Shown here in pieces: positions 52,599-62,468 of a stretch of 64,000 nucleotides of DNA. The position numbers were made by a program, and so were the translations under genes. Origin of the DNA: Candidatus Sysuiplasmataceae archaeon (GTDB lineage Archaea; Thermoplasmatota; Thermoplasmata; Sysuiplasmatales; Sysuiplasmataceae); NCBI GenBank assembly GCA_046706185.1, contig JBJKPR010000011.1:27150-91149 (forward strand), read 5' to 3'. Below the pieces are notes generated by a model. That model was not told the origin of the DNA. It searched no databases and worked only from the letters and a program-made list of their open reading frames with translations. The first letter of the stretch is position 1. The number at the start of each line of letters is the position of its first letter.

Positions 52599-53762
52599 TC
52601 ACTGGCTGCCGGATGCGTCCATGAGCGGCCCTACCGTCTGGATGTACTCGCTGGCTATGTTCTCCCATGACAGCCTGTTCTTTGCATAACGCATTGCATT
52701 CAAAGACACCTTTCTGACCTCATCAGGGTTGTCGAGGATGTAGGTCACGGCCCCGACTATGCCACCGACGCTGTTGTCTGTGTACAGAGCGCCGTTGAGG
52801 GAGGAATAGCCTGCCTCATCGAGTATCCTCCTGCTCTCCCCGACAGAGGATGAGATGACAGGATTTCCTGTAGCCATGTACTCTGCGAGTTTTATGGGAA
52901 AACGAGCTCTCTCCCAAATTGTGCTGCGCATCAGCAGAAGTGATGCATCGCTCCCGACAAGTGTTGAAAGCCATTCGCCCCTTTCCATCTTGGGCAGGTG
53001 CACGATGTTTGAGACCTCTTCCTCCCTGCCCCCCGCGCCCACCACCAGCAGGTACACGTTCCTGCCGTCTTCGTGCAGCCTCCGACCCAGCTCACTGAAC
53101 AGCCTGCTGTGGCTGGAGTCTGCGAGCGTTACAACGATCAGGGAGCTTTCAGGAAGAGCTATCCGCTTCAGAAGCCCTGCCCTGGCGGTCTGCCTGGAAA
53201 TCGATGCGAAGTCGCCGGTGTCGATCCCGTTCGGAATTACGGCAGCCTCCCTGCCTGAGTAGCCATTCACCTTATCCATGAGGAGGCCGCTTGCAACAAC
53301 CAACCTGTCAGCACCGCCGACTGCATTCCTTTCAAACGCTTCCTCCATCCTTGACTCCATCCTTGCCCTTATGCCGTCAGGGTCGATGCCCCACCAGTCG
53401 TCTATATCCACCACAAGCGGCTTCCCCGCACGTCTTGCTATCGAAGCTGCAATCCAGGTCTCCGGAAAAGCGGGGGCGCACACATGGACGAGGTCCATCT
53501 TCCCGATCCCGTAGACAAGCGGGCCAAGTGCCGACCTGAGCATTATGCCCGGCAGGACCGTCCTCTCGAACAGCCTCGGCAGAGTGATGACCCGGAAGGA
53601 GGGGGTGTGCTCCACCCTTGTAATACCCAGATGCCTGAACTCTTCCGGACAGACCATTGTGAAGTCGAAGCCCATGCGTGAGAGCTGCATGCCGAGATAC
53701 CAACCTCGCCAGTAGCTTCCCCTGTTGAGCTGTGACTTCGTGACAAAAAGGATACTGGGCAT
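52599..53762 (-). CDS. GT4 family glycosyltransferase
   Basis: ILFVTKS is at the N-terminus, and the C-terminal motif is FPIKLAEYMATGNPVISS. I prefer ATG 53762; a GTG alternative is at 53771. Confidence 0.75.
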   Translation of the reverse strand: MPSILFVTKSQLNRGSYWRGWYLGMQLSRMGFDFTMVCPEEFRHLGITRVEHTPSFRVITLPRLFERTVLPGIMLRSALGPLVYGIGKMDLVHVCAPAFPETWIAASIARRAGKPLVVDIDDWWGIDPDGIRARMESRMEEAFERNAVGGADRLVVASGLLMDKVNGYSGREAAVIPNGIDTGDFASISRQTARAGLLKRIALPESSLIVVTLADSSHSRLFSELGRRLHEDGRNVYLLVVGAGGREEEVSNIVHLPKMERGEWLSTLVGSDASLLLMRSTIWERARFPIKLAEYMATGNPVISSSVGESRRILDEAGYSSLNGALYTDNSVGGIVGAVTYILDNPDEVRKVSLNAMRYAKNRLSWENIASEYIQTVGPLMDASGSQ

Positions 53763-53991
53763 TTCCCTCACACAATCTCATTCCCGCAGCGCTGCAGGTC
53801 AAGACATGAGACAGAGGCATGAACTTGCCCATCAGCTTTGTGTTACGAGCCTTCATTTCGCCGCCCCCATCATTGGCCTGCCCGGGGAAGAAAGGCTGCT
53901 CCTCACCCCTTTCAAGAGAAAATAATCAAATATGCGCGGCAGGCTCTATTAGTAACCGTATGAGGGGCCAACGGGGGAAACAGTTCCTGTG

Positions 53992-54993
53992 ATGTCGCCT
54001 TACATCTCGGTGCTTGTCATAGCGCACAGGAGAACACAGTACATCAACCATGCGCTTGAGTCGCTTTGCACCCAGACGCTTGACAGGCGACTGTTTGAGA
54101 TCATTCTTGTGAGCAACATAGACATCGATAACGAGGTGCTGAGGAGGTCCGGGGCAAGGCTGATACGAACTGACAGGAACGAGCTTGAGGTGAAGATCGC
54201 GATCGGTCTCGATTACTGCAGCGGGGAGGTGATATCCCTTCTCGAGGATGACGATGTCTGGGAAGACGGTAAGCTTCAGGCAGTCTACGACCTTTTCACT
54301 GAAAGGGAGGATGTCGGATACTACCACAATTCTTATTCACTCATAGGGGAGGACGGTCAGCCGATGGTGCACCCCATGTTCAGGCTGATGGAGAAGCGCA
54401 TGGACAGAGTGGGTGCCCTCTCCGTTTGCGGGAAGGCAGCCAGGTTCGGGGTCATAAGAAAGATGATCAAGGTGGGGATGAGCTTCAACACAAGCTGCAT
54501 GTCGATCAGGAAAGGAATACTGCAGGACAGGACAGATTACCTGGTGACGCTCAATGCGAAGAGCTCAAACGTCGACAACTTTCTCTTCTTTGCAGCGCTC
54601 CTCTCAGGCAAGCAGCTCTACGGTGACAGCCGGAGGCTCACGAGGTACAGGGTGCATCCGGAAAATTCATCCAAGAAGTTCCTTTCAGTTGGAATAACAC
54701 CTGAAGCACTCGGTTACGGGGTGCTTCTCAGGATGGTCGGAGCAGGCAAGGGGGACGGGCAGATAAGGAAGAGCGTGGAAAGTATGATTTCTGACCTCAG
54801 GTTTGAAATTTATTCCAGGGAGGGCCTGAAAAACAGGGGTATGATGCTGTCCGCGATAGTGGAGCACCTGAGGTACTTCTCGCTGTATGATTTTCAGTAC
54901 GACGTTCTCCTTCTCCTCTTCGGCTTACTCTACTTCATATCTCCGAGGCTGGGCTCGATGATGCACAGCATACCGGGTGAGCATCTGACATAG
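53992..54993 (+). CDS. GT2 family glycosyltransferase
   Basis: ISVLVIAHRRTQYINHALESLCTQT...LLEDDDVWEDGKL is present. ATG 53992 follows the GTG at 53989. Confidence 0.8.
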   Translation: MSPYISVLVIAHRRTQYINHALESLCTQTLDRRLFEIILVSNIDIDNEVLRRSGARLIRTDRNELEVKIAIGLDYCSGEVISLLEDDDVWEDGKLQAVYDLFTEREDVGYYHNSYSLIGEDGQPMVHPMFRLMEKRMDRVGALSVCGKAARFGVIRKMIKVGMSFNTSCMSIRKGILQDRTDYLVTLNAKSSNVDNFLFFAALLSGKQLYGDSRRLTRYRVHPENSSKKFLSVGITPEALGYGVLLRMVGAGKGDGQIRKSVESMISDLRFEIYSREGLKNRGMMLSAIVEHLRYFSLYDFQYDVLLLLFGLLYFISPRLGSMMHSIPGEHLT

Positions 54994-55031
54994 ATTGCCT
55001 GGATTGCACAATAAAGACTGTCGCTACGAGA

Positions 55032-55041
55032 TATTTAAATA
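55032..55041 (+). promoter_or_regulatory. TATA box for GT2 gene 55066..56094
   Basis: TATTTAAATA lies 25-34 nt upstream of the GTG at 55066, which supports that non-ATG start. Confidence 0.45.
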
Positions 55042-55065
55042 GACTTGCCGGGGTGGTAATACCCG

Positions 55066-56094
55066 GTGGGGGATCTGACTTCCCGGAAACCGACCTTCAG
55101 CATATCGATGCCGAGCTACAACCACGCACGGTACATCAGGGAAGCAATAAGCTCCGTGCTTGAGCAGGAGAACTGCGGTGAGCTTGAGCTGATCATAGTT
55201 GACGATTTTTCAACGGACGGGAGCAGGGACATAATCAGGGAGGAGGCCGCCAGGGACAGCAGGATCAAAGTCGTTCTGCATGACGCCAACATGGGCATCT
55301 CCAGGACAGTCAACGAGGCAAAGGGCCTTTCAACCGGTGAATACATGCTTACGTTGGCTTCCGATGACAAGCTCGTGCCGGGTGCCCTTGCGAAGATGCT
55401 CGAGGCGTTCCAGGCCCCTTCACCTGTCGATGTTGTGATCTTCGAGGGCAAATGCGTGGACAGGAATGGAAACCCGCTTGGATACAACTACTCTGAGATA
55501 CACCTGAAGCCGCCATCAGACATGGCCAACGTCTTCAGTCACCTGCTGAAGGGCAATTTCATAATGGCGGGTGCAACAAGGGCAAGCTCTGTCTGGGAGC
55601 GCGGTATCCGCCTGAATGAGCAGCTCCGATTCCTAAGCGACTGGATCTACTGGATAGATGTTGCTGCCGAGTCTACCTTCAGGTATCTTCCAGACCCCCT
55701 TTATATCTACAGGATACACGGGAAGAACGCTTCGTTCATGGACGGATGGATCAGTGACAGCGCCAGAGCATACTCCATGATAGAGGAGAAGCACAGTGCA
55801 AGGCTCAGCAAGGCGGAAGTTGCCTATATCCGCTACATGGAAGGGCTTTCCTTCGTCAAGATAGGAAGAGTGTTCGAGGGCAGGAGGGCTCTCCTGAGCT
55901 CCCTGAGCTGCAGCCCCTTTTCTAACCAGGGGGCAAAGACTGCGGTTGCTCTGATCTCAAGCTTCCTGGGTAATTTGGGCAGCAGCCTGCTCGGCGCGTA
56001 CGGTGCGCTGAGGTTTTCACACGACAGCAACATTTCAATGCACAGGATAAGGAAGAGGTACAGGGGAGAGGAGACAAGGGAGAAGGGCAACTGA
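55066..56094 (+). CDS. GT2 family glycosyltransferase
   Basis: FSISMPSYNHARYIREAISSVLEQ...LIIVDDFSTDGS...LASDDKL is present. The start is GTG. Confidence 0.8.
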   Translation: MGDLTSRKPTFSISMPSYNHARYIREAISSVLEQENCGELELIIVDDFSTDGSRDIIREEAARDSRIKVVLHDANMGISRTVNEAKGLSTGEYMLTLASDDKLVPGALAKMLEAFQAPSPVDVVIFEGKCVDRNGNPLGYNYSEIHLKPPSDMANVFSHLLKGNFIMAGATRASSVWERGIRLNEQLRFLSDWIYWIDVAAESTFRYLPDPLYIYRIHGKNASFMDGWISDSARAYSMIEEKHSARLSKAEVAYIRYMEGLSFVKIGRVFEGRRALLSSLSCSPFSNQGAKTAVALISSFLGNLGSSLLGAYGALRFSHDSNISMHRIRKRYRGEETREKGN

Positions 56095-56112
56095 CCAGGT
56101 GGTCGCCTGATG

Positions 56113-57246
56113 TCACACTGCGGCGGCTTTGCTCTCAAGCGCTCTGGCAAGCGAGTCGACGACATGGTCGACCATGCTGTCGGTCATATGTGGGTAGATC
56201 GGAAGGCTGAGGACTCTTCCGGACAGCCTTTCGGTAACAGGGAACGACCCAGGGCTGTACCCGAGGTCCGCGTATGCCTTCTGCAGGTGGGGAGGAACAG
56301 GGTAGTGTACCATCGTATCCACGCCCATCGATGAAAGAGCGGCCCTGACCCTTTCCCTTTCAGCCACCTGCACCACGTACAGGTGCCACGAGGGCCTTAC
56401 ACCCTCCATAACTGCCGGGAGCGTGAGCGTCTCCCCGTCCATTTTCCCGGAACCAAGCGCATGCGCATACCGCAGGGCAATCATGTTGCGCCTTCCGTTC
56501 CAGCGGTCGAGGTGGCCCAGCCTGACCCTCAGAAAAGCGGCCTGCAGTTCATCGAGCCTGGAATTGTAGCCGATGGTCGTGTGCAGATACTTCACACCTG
56601 AACCGTAGTTCCTGAGGACCCTTATCCTCTCGGCAAGTTCACTGTCTGATGTGACGACTGCTCCCCCGTCGCCAGCCCCGCCAAGGTTCTTGACCGGATA
56701 GAAACTGAAGCAGGTGATGTCCGCATAGGAGCCGGTTCTCCTCCCCTTGTACGAAGCACCATGGGACTGGGCTGCATCCTGTATTATGACTAGGGAACGC
56801 CTCTCCGCCAGAGATGCAATTTCATCCGCATCGGCCGGCTGTCCGTACAGGTCTACTGGCATTATTGCCTTCGTCCGGCGCGTGACTGCTTTCTCAATTG
56901 ACCGTGCATCGATGTTGTAAGTTACCGGGTCTGCGTCAACCGGGACGGGCGTAGCGCCGGAATGCGTGACGGCGAGCCATGTTCCGATGAATGTGTTGGC
57001 TGGCACTATCACCTCATCCCCTGGCCCTATGCCGGAGGCAACAAGGGAGAGATGGAGCGCCTCAAGCCCGCTGCCCACGCCAATGCATTCCCTTGCGTTG
57101 CAGTATGAGGCAAAGTCGGATTCAAATGCCTTCACCTCCTCACCCAGGACAAGATTGCCGTTCTCCATGACGCGTGAATAGGCTGCATCCATCTCCTCCC
57201 TGGTGCTTGAATACAAGGCAGAGAGGTCAACGAACGGGACCTTCAA
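56113..57246 (-). CDS. DegT/DnrJ/EryC1-family PLP-dependent NDP-ketosugar aminotransferase (FdtB/QdtB-like)
   Basis: KVPFVDL is at the N-terminus. FSFYPVKNLGGAGDGGAVVT retains the Schiff-base Lys. The TTG start at 57246 overlaps the TGA of the upstream gene (TTGA). Confidence 0.8.
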   Translation of the reverse strand: MKVPFVDLSALYSSTREEMDAAYSRVMENGNLVLGEEVKAFESDFASYCNARECIGVGSGLEALHLSLVASGIGPGDEVIVPANTFIGTWLAVTHSGATPVPVDADPVTYNIDARSIEKAVTRRTKAIMPVDLYGQPADADEIASLAERRSLVIIQDAAQSHGASYKGRRTGSYADITCFSFYPVKNLGGAGDGGAVVTSDSELAERIRVLRNYGSGVKYLHTTIGYNSRLDELQAAFLRVRLGHLDRWNGRRNMIALRYAHALGSGKMDGETLTLPAVMEGVRPSWHLYVVQVAERERVRAALSSMGVDTMVHYPVPPHLQKAYADLGYSPGSFPVTERLSGRVLSLPIYPHMTDSMVDHVVDSLARALESKAAAV

Positions 57247-57701
57247 GGAATATCACCGCCAGTCAGTGCAATGAATTCATCATAATCGCGTATGTAGTCG
57301 CTCTCATTGTAATGCGTGGAGGCAAGCACGACGTAGACTGTATTGGGATTGAAGTTCTCCATGTTGGTCCAGATGAGGTTTGGTATGTACAGTCCCCTGT
57401 TCGGCCTGTTCAGATGCACAACCTTCGTATCCCTGCCGTCGCTCAAGACAACGTCCAGGCCGCCCGAAAGGCAGATGACAACCTCCTCCAGTTCCCTGTG
57501 CGCATGTGCGCCCCTCTTCTCGCCCGTGGGTATGTCGTAGACATAGAACACGCGTCGTATGGCAAACGGCACATGACCGCCCGATTCAATGAAAGAAAGG
57601 TTGCCCCTCCTCTCTGCGATCTTCGGGAATTCTATCATCCTGCACCTCTCAATCCCAAGACCGCGCTCCTTCCCGACAGCATGGGTGATAACCATGCTCA
57701 T
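57243..57701 (-). CDS. Cupin-fold NDP-4-keto-6-deoxyhexose 3,4-ketoisomerase (FdtA/WxcM-like)
   Basis: ERRGNLSFIE...PFAIRRVFYVYD...KRGAHAHRELEEVVICLSG...ASTHYNESDYIRDYDEF resembles FdtA, including the RG-x-HAH His pair. The start is ATG 57701 or the internal ATG at 57638. Confidence 0.8.
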   Translation of the reverse strand: MSMVITHAVGKERGLGIERCRMIEFPKIAERRGNLSFIESGGHVPFAIRRVFYVYDIPTGEKRGAHAHRELEEVVICLSGGLDVVLSDGRDTKVVHLNRPNRGLYIPNLIWTNMENFNPNTVYVVLASTHYNESDYIRDYDEFIALTGGDIP

Positions 57702-57723
57702 TCACCCCCGGCCCGTATTGTCT

Positions 57724-58716
57724 TCAAACTGCAACACCCCTGTCCATAGAATCCCTGAGGTTCAGCTCGTAGAAATCATGAACAAATGCCCTTGCACCGT
57801 AGCTCTCCTTGTATTTTGCGAGCCCTTCGTTGAGGTGCAGGCCCTCGTTCTCTGTGGAAATGCCGAAGTCAAAGTAAGTCTTGTCTTGATAGACATCCTT
57901 GATCAAGTGCTCGTAAACAAGGTCCAGGGCCCCGATGCCCTTTCCCTGGTTGCTGTTCGCGTTGTACTGTGCATGAACAGTCTCCCTGTGCTCGAAGACA
58001 ATGACTCCTGCGACCAGTCTTGACTCACTGTCTGAGGCAGTGAACAGCTTTATATTGTCCGGAAAGAGAAGAGCAAGCCGCTTGATTTCGTCAGGCGTAT
58101 GGACAGGCTTTACATTGTACTTCTCATGAAGTACCTCCGACTGCAGTTCCATGAATGTGTCAAAGTCATAAGAGCGCTGCACAGTCAGACCTGCACTTTC
58201 CGCCTTTCTTATTTTGCGTGAGCGCATTCTCCAGTAACCGAGCCGTTCCGCCCTGGGCATGTAGATTGCTGCGCTCACATCCCTTCTGAAGAGCCTGGCC
58301 CCCATCCTGTAGAGCGCATAGAGGTCTTCCTCCGCCGGCGCTGAATGGTAGATGTGCGGAAGCGCCTTGTAAACCAGCCTGTCTATTCCCTGACCGAGCA
58401 GATAGTCGCTCATGGAAGAGAATACAGATAGCATCCCTTCTGTTGTCATGTCAAAACCGGAGATGACCCCACCGAATGTCAGCCCGTTGTGGCTGTAGAG
58501 GGTCGCGCCTACAACATGCGCTGGCATTTCGGCCACAAGCTTCCCTTCGGCATCCATGAACATGAGCGAATGGTCGTTGAACCTGTCTGAATGATACTCC
58601 ATGAAATCCCTGTTGAACAGGAAGGTGCCGTTCTTTGCACTGCTGTTGAATGAGTTCCATTCCTCCTTCCTGCCTGAATTGTATTTGTCAGCATGGACGC
58701 CAACAAGACTCTGCAT
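57724..58716 (-). CDS. FemAB-like / two-GNAT-domain acyltransferase
   Basis: EEWNSFNSSAKNGTFLFNRDFMEYH... and the ~330-aa length fit the FemAB-like GNAT pattern (Acetyltransf_6 type). I chose ATG 58716. The track ORF extension to 58935 is Arg/Cys-rich and unlikely to be coding. Confidence 0.55.
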   Translation of the reverse strand: MQSLVGVHADKYNSGRKEEWNSFNSSAKNGTFLFNRDFMEYHSDRFNDHSLMFMDAEGKLVAEMPAHVVGATLYSHNGLTFGGVISGFDMTTEGMLSVFSSMSDYLLGQGIDRLVYKALPHIYHSAPAEEDLYALYRMGARLFRRDVSAAIYMPRAERLGYWRMRSRKIRKAESAGLTVQRSYDFDTFMELQSEVLHEKYNVKPVHTPDEIKRLALLFPDNIKLFTASDSESRLVAGVIVFEHRETVHAQYNANSNQGKGIGALDLVYEHLIKDVYQDKTYFDFGISTENEGLHLNEGLAKYKESYGARAFVHDFYELNLRDSMDRGVAV

Positions 58717-59160
58717 AGCCTCCCCCGCACCAATCTGTCTGCATAAACCGCGCCTCCGGATGCAAATCGAGCGATTATTCAAAGTCCCTGGCTCATTTAA
58801 AAAGGATAACATATTACAGTATGTAGAACCGGAGAATGAGATGCCTCCCACACGCATGCGCCCGTCCAGATGTGCTGCGGGAAACAATTGCCGCCGGATC
58901 ATCCCCCTGCCCCTCCGCCACATGTAGCACGTCAAGCTTTGGCCACCGGCTGGATGCCTGGAAATGTCGTTCTGGCATCAAGGTCGAGGGGATACAGGAC
59001 TTCAGGCTGTGCTGCACCTTTCTGTTCTGCAGAATGCGGCTTTTTCCGGATTCCCAGTAAGTGATAAAAATATCTCAAACTTTATCAACATGCCACCCGG
59101 ATACTGATGGCGCCCTGAAGGGAAGACCGCGTCTTCAGTTTGCTAAGTATGTGATAGCCC

Positions 59161-62100
59161 ATGCAAAACAGCACCGAAGGAGGAAGGAGACAGAGCATCC
59201 TGTATGTCGATGATGAGCAGATGATGCTCGATGTCCTGAAGGACTATGTCGAAACAATGTATGACTTGCAGGTAAAGACCGCCTCCTCCACATCTGAAGC
59301 AAGGAAAGTGATGGAGCAGGAAGCATTCGATGCAATCATCAGCGACTATCAGATGCCGGGCCAGAACGGAATAGAGTTTCTGAAGGAGCTGAGGGAGAGC
59401 GGGAATACAACACCGTTCATACTCTTCACGGGAAAGGGAAGGGAAGAGATAGCCATAGAGGCACTCAACAACGGGGCAGATTTTTACATTCAAAAGGGAG
59501 GCGAGCCCAACTCTCTCTTCAGGGAGCTGATACACTACGTGACCATATGCAGCGACAGGAAGAGAAGGGAGGATGAACTGCAGTCTACCAAGGAAACTCT
59601 TGAATCGTTCGTTCAGAACACGGCAGACGCATTGATAATCTTCGACATCCAGGGCAAGATTCTTTCAGCCAACTCGGCGTTCGAGGAGATGTACGGGTGG
59701 AGCAGGGGAGAGGCAATTGGACAGATGCTCCCGATGGTTCCAGCGGAGCAGATGGATGAGGTTGCCCGAATGTTCAGGGAAGTGGCAGACAAGGGCTCAC
59801 GCTTCCACTATATTCGCAAGAGGTTGAGGAAGAACGGTGAGCTGTTTGACTGCAGCATGACTGTGTCGCCAGTCAAAGATGCGGATGGAAGGACAATCGC
59901 AATCGCAGGTCTTGCAAGGGACATCACGAACGAGGTAAGGGCGCGTGAGACCATAGAGAGGCAGAGGGAGGAATTCAACGTCCTGCTCAGGAGCATCGGC
60001 GACGCGGTCATTGCAACAGACAGAGAGGGAAAAGTCACCTTCATGAACCATGTGGCGTCCATGCTTACAGGATACGATCAGGAGGAAGCGCTTGGCAAGA
60101 GGGTCGATTCGGTATTCCACATAATAAACGAGGACACGCGCGAACCTGCGGAGATTCCTGTCAAAACTGTCATGGAGAAGGGCATCGTCGTGGGAATGGC
60201 AAATCACACGGTTGTCGTTTCCAGGAATGGCGTTGAGCGGATGATTGAGGATTCTGCTGCGCCCATCAAGGGCCCTGACGGAGAGATAAAGGGGGTCGTG
60301 ATGGTTTTCAGAGATGCAACGGTCGAGAAACTGGCACTCCGCAGGAGGGAGGCAAGGCGAAGAGTATCGGAGTTGCTTGCGACTGCAGAGAGGCTCGACA
60401 GTGCCCTGCCCGCGATACTTGAGTCAATTGCAGCGTCGCTGAAGTTCCAGGTAGCAGAGATCTGGTTTCCCCAGAAGGAGAGCGGCCGCCTGCAGCTTCA
60501 AGGCAGGTGGCACAGGGAATCCAGGCATCTGGAGGAATTCGAAGAGGAGTCGGAAGCGTTCACATTCGGGAAGGGAGAAGGGCTCCCCGGGAGTGTTTTC
60601 GGTTCGGTGAAACCAAGATGGGTGGAATTCATAGGAGCAGATTCGTTATTCAGAAGAAATGAGATTGCAAGGAAGGCAGGCTTGAAATCGGTCTTCGGTG
60701 TCCCACTGAGCAACAGGGGGCAGCCGATAGGATCGATGCTCTTTTTCGGCTCATCAGATATGCCACCTGATGAGAACATGATGAACACAATGGAGGACAT
60801 AGGAAAGCAGGTCGGCCTGTTCATAGGAAGGCTTGATGCGGAGCGATCGTTGCGCGTGCTAGTCCAGAACATGCAGTCGTTCATGAAGCACTCCCCTCTG
60901 ATCATAATCAGGACAGACCTTCAGGGGAGAATAATCGCTGTCAACGATTCGTTCGAGAAGGCCTACGGCTGGAGGGAGGAGGAGGTCGTGGGCAGGACGA
61001 TAGATGTGCTGATACCGCCCGGTGAGAGAAGGGATCTGGACACGAAGCTGAAAGCAGTCGCAGAGGGTGAGCCGTTGAGCTACGAGGCAAAGAGGGCAGC
61101 GAAGGACGGAAGGGTGATGGACCTCCGGGTGATGCTTTCACCGATAAAGGACGAAGGAGGGAAGGTGGTGCAGATCACAAGCGTCTGCAGGGAAATCACA
61201 GAGGAGAAGAAGGCGCTTGCGGGCATCAGGCTGAACAATGCTGTCATAGAGAACCTCAACGAAATGGTGCTCATAACAGAGCCGGATGCGAAAGGCGAGC
61301 CTGTGGTTGTTTATGCGAACCCTGCTTATCTGGCTGCCTCCGGACAGGGAATGGAGAAGATGCTGGGGAAGCTGCTGTGGGATCTTGACAAGTCGTCCAT
61401 TGACACAGCTGCCGTCAACCAGATGTACAACTCATACAGGGCCGGCCTCCCATACAGGGGAGAACTGATTCACTTCGGCAGGGATGGAGAAAAGCAGTAC
61501 GTTGACACAAATTTCTTTCCACTGAGGAATGAGAACGGGAGGGTCACTCACTGGGTCCAGCTGCAGAGGGATGTCACGTCCTCTGTAGAGCAGAGGGAAG
61601 AGCTTCGCAGGGCAAATGAGAAGCTGAACCTGATGGAGACTATCAGCAGGCATGACATGCTCAACCATCTGCAGGCAATCGAGATCTACACTCACATGGT
61701 GCTCAGCGGGTCGGAGGACAGCAGGGTCGCTGCGAGGCTCGACAGGATAAAGAAGATAGCTGAGCAGATGAAAAGGCAGCTCGGGGCACTGAAGGAAATA
61801 CAGACTTCCGGCAGTCCGCGGTGGATGAATGTGCAAGACACGTTCCTGAAGAGCGTTGCGGACATGGATATGAAGGGAATCAGGATAGAAGCGGAGGGGG
61901 AGAATGTGGAAATCATGGCCGATCCCCTCCTGGACAGGGTGTTCTACAACCTCGTGGACAATTCCATGAGGCACGGGCAGGATGTGAGCAGATTGAAGCT
62001 CAGGGCAGAAAAGGAGGGGGAACACCTCAAGATTACCTACACTGATGACGGTATTGGCATAAATGACGAGCAGAAGAGAAGCATCTTCTCAGGAGTCGGG

Positions 62101-62253
62101 GGTGGCCAGAACCACGGGCTCAGGCTCGTAAGGGAAATACTCGGCATAACCGGGATAGCCATAAGGGAGACGGGCGAGGAAGGAAAGGGAGTGAAGTTCG
62201 AGATGTTCGTCCCCGGCTCAAGCTTCAGGAGTGCCCGGCCCGAGAAGGCATGA
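59161..62253 (+). CDS. Hybrid sensor histidine kinase: N-terminal receiver (REC), multiple PAS domains, GAF domain, His-kinase core
   Basis: REC motifs are ILYVDDE...IISDYQMPGQNG...FTGKG. There are several PAS-like segments (e.g. ADALIIFDIQGKILSANSAFEEMYGW) and a GAF-like segment (...GEGLPGSV...). The H-box-like segment is ISRHDMLNHLQ, and the HATPase motifs are YNLVDNSMRHG...DDGIGI...GHGLRLV. Confidence 0.85.
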   Translation: MQNSTEGGRRQSILYVDDEQMMLDVLKDYVETMYDLQVKTASSTSEARKVMEQEAFDAIISDYQMPGQNGIEFLKELRESGNTTPFILFTGKGREEIAIEALNNGADFYIQKGGEPNSLFRELIHYVTICSDRKRREDELQSTKETLESFVQNTADALIIFDIQGKILSANSAFEEMYGWSRGEAIGQMLPMVPAEQMDEVARMFREVADKGSRFHYIRKRLRKNGELFDCSMTVSPVKDADGRTIAIAGLARDITNEVRARETIERQREEFNVLLRSIGDAVIATDREGKVTFMNHVASMLTGYDQEEALGKRVDSVFHIINEDTREPAEIPVKTVMEKGIVVGMANHTVVVSRNGVERMIEDSAAPIKGPDGEIKGVVMVFRDATVEKLALRRREARRRVSELLATAERLDSALPAILESIAASLKFQVAEIWFPQKESGRLQLQGRWHRESRHLEEFEEESEAFTFGKGEGLPGSVFGSVKPRWVEFIGADSLFRRNEIARKAGLKSVFGVPLSNRGQPIGSMLFFGSSDMPPDENMMNTMEDIGKQVGLFIGRLDAERSLRVLVQNMQSFMKHSPLIIIRTDLQGRIIAVNDSFEKAYGWREEEVVGRTIDVLIPPGERRDLDTKLKAVAEGEPLSYEAKRAAKDGRVMDLRVMLSPIKDEGGKVVQITSVCREITEEKKALAGIRLNNAVIENLNEMVLITEPDAKGEPVVVYANPAYLAASGQGMEKMLGKLLWDLDKSSIDTAAVNQMYNSYRAGLPYRGELIHFGRDGEKQYVDTNFFPLRNENGRVTHWVQLQRDVTSSVEQREELRRANEKLNLMETISRHDMLNHLQAIEIYTHMVLSGSEDSRVAARLDRIKKIAEQMKRQLGALKEIQTSGSPRWMNVQDTFLKSVADMDMKGIRIEAEGENVEIMADPLLDRVFYNLVDNSMRHGQDVSRLKLRAEKEGEHLKITYTDDGIGINDEQKRSIFSGVGGGQNHGLRLVREILGITGIAIRETGEEGKGVKFEMFVPGSSFRSARPEKA

Positions 62254-62468
62254 GTATCTGCAATCGGGTGCCACCGTAGAAAATCGTAAATTTGATAAAC
62301 AGAGTGCACCGCTTAAGTACTTGTTTTCTGAAATGCTGGCGTAGGATTGCGCCAACCAGGAGGTGGCGCCAGACGGGAGGCCTGGCAGTAGCATACACGA
62401 GGGCCAAGACTGGCTTCAGACATCCGCTCACAGGATGGGCCGTCCCGTGGATTGTGCTCGTTGCCCCC

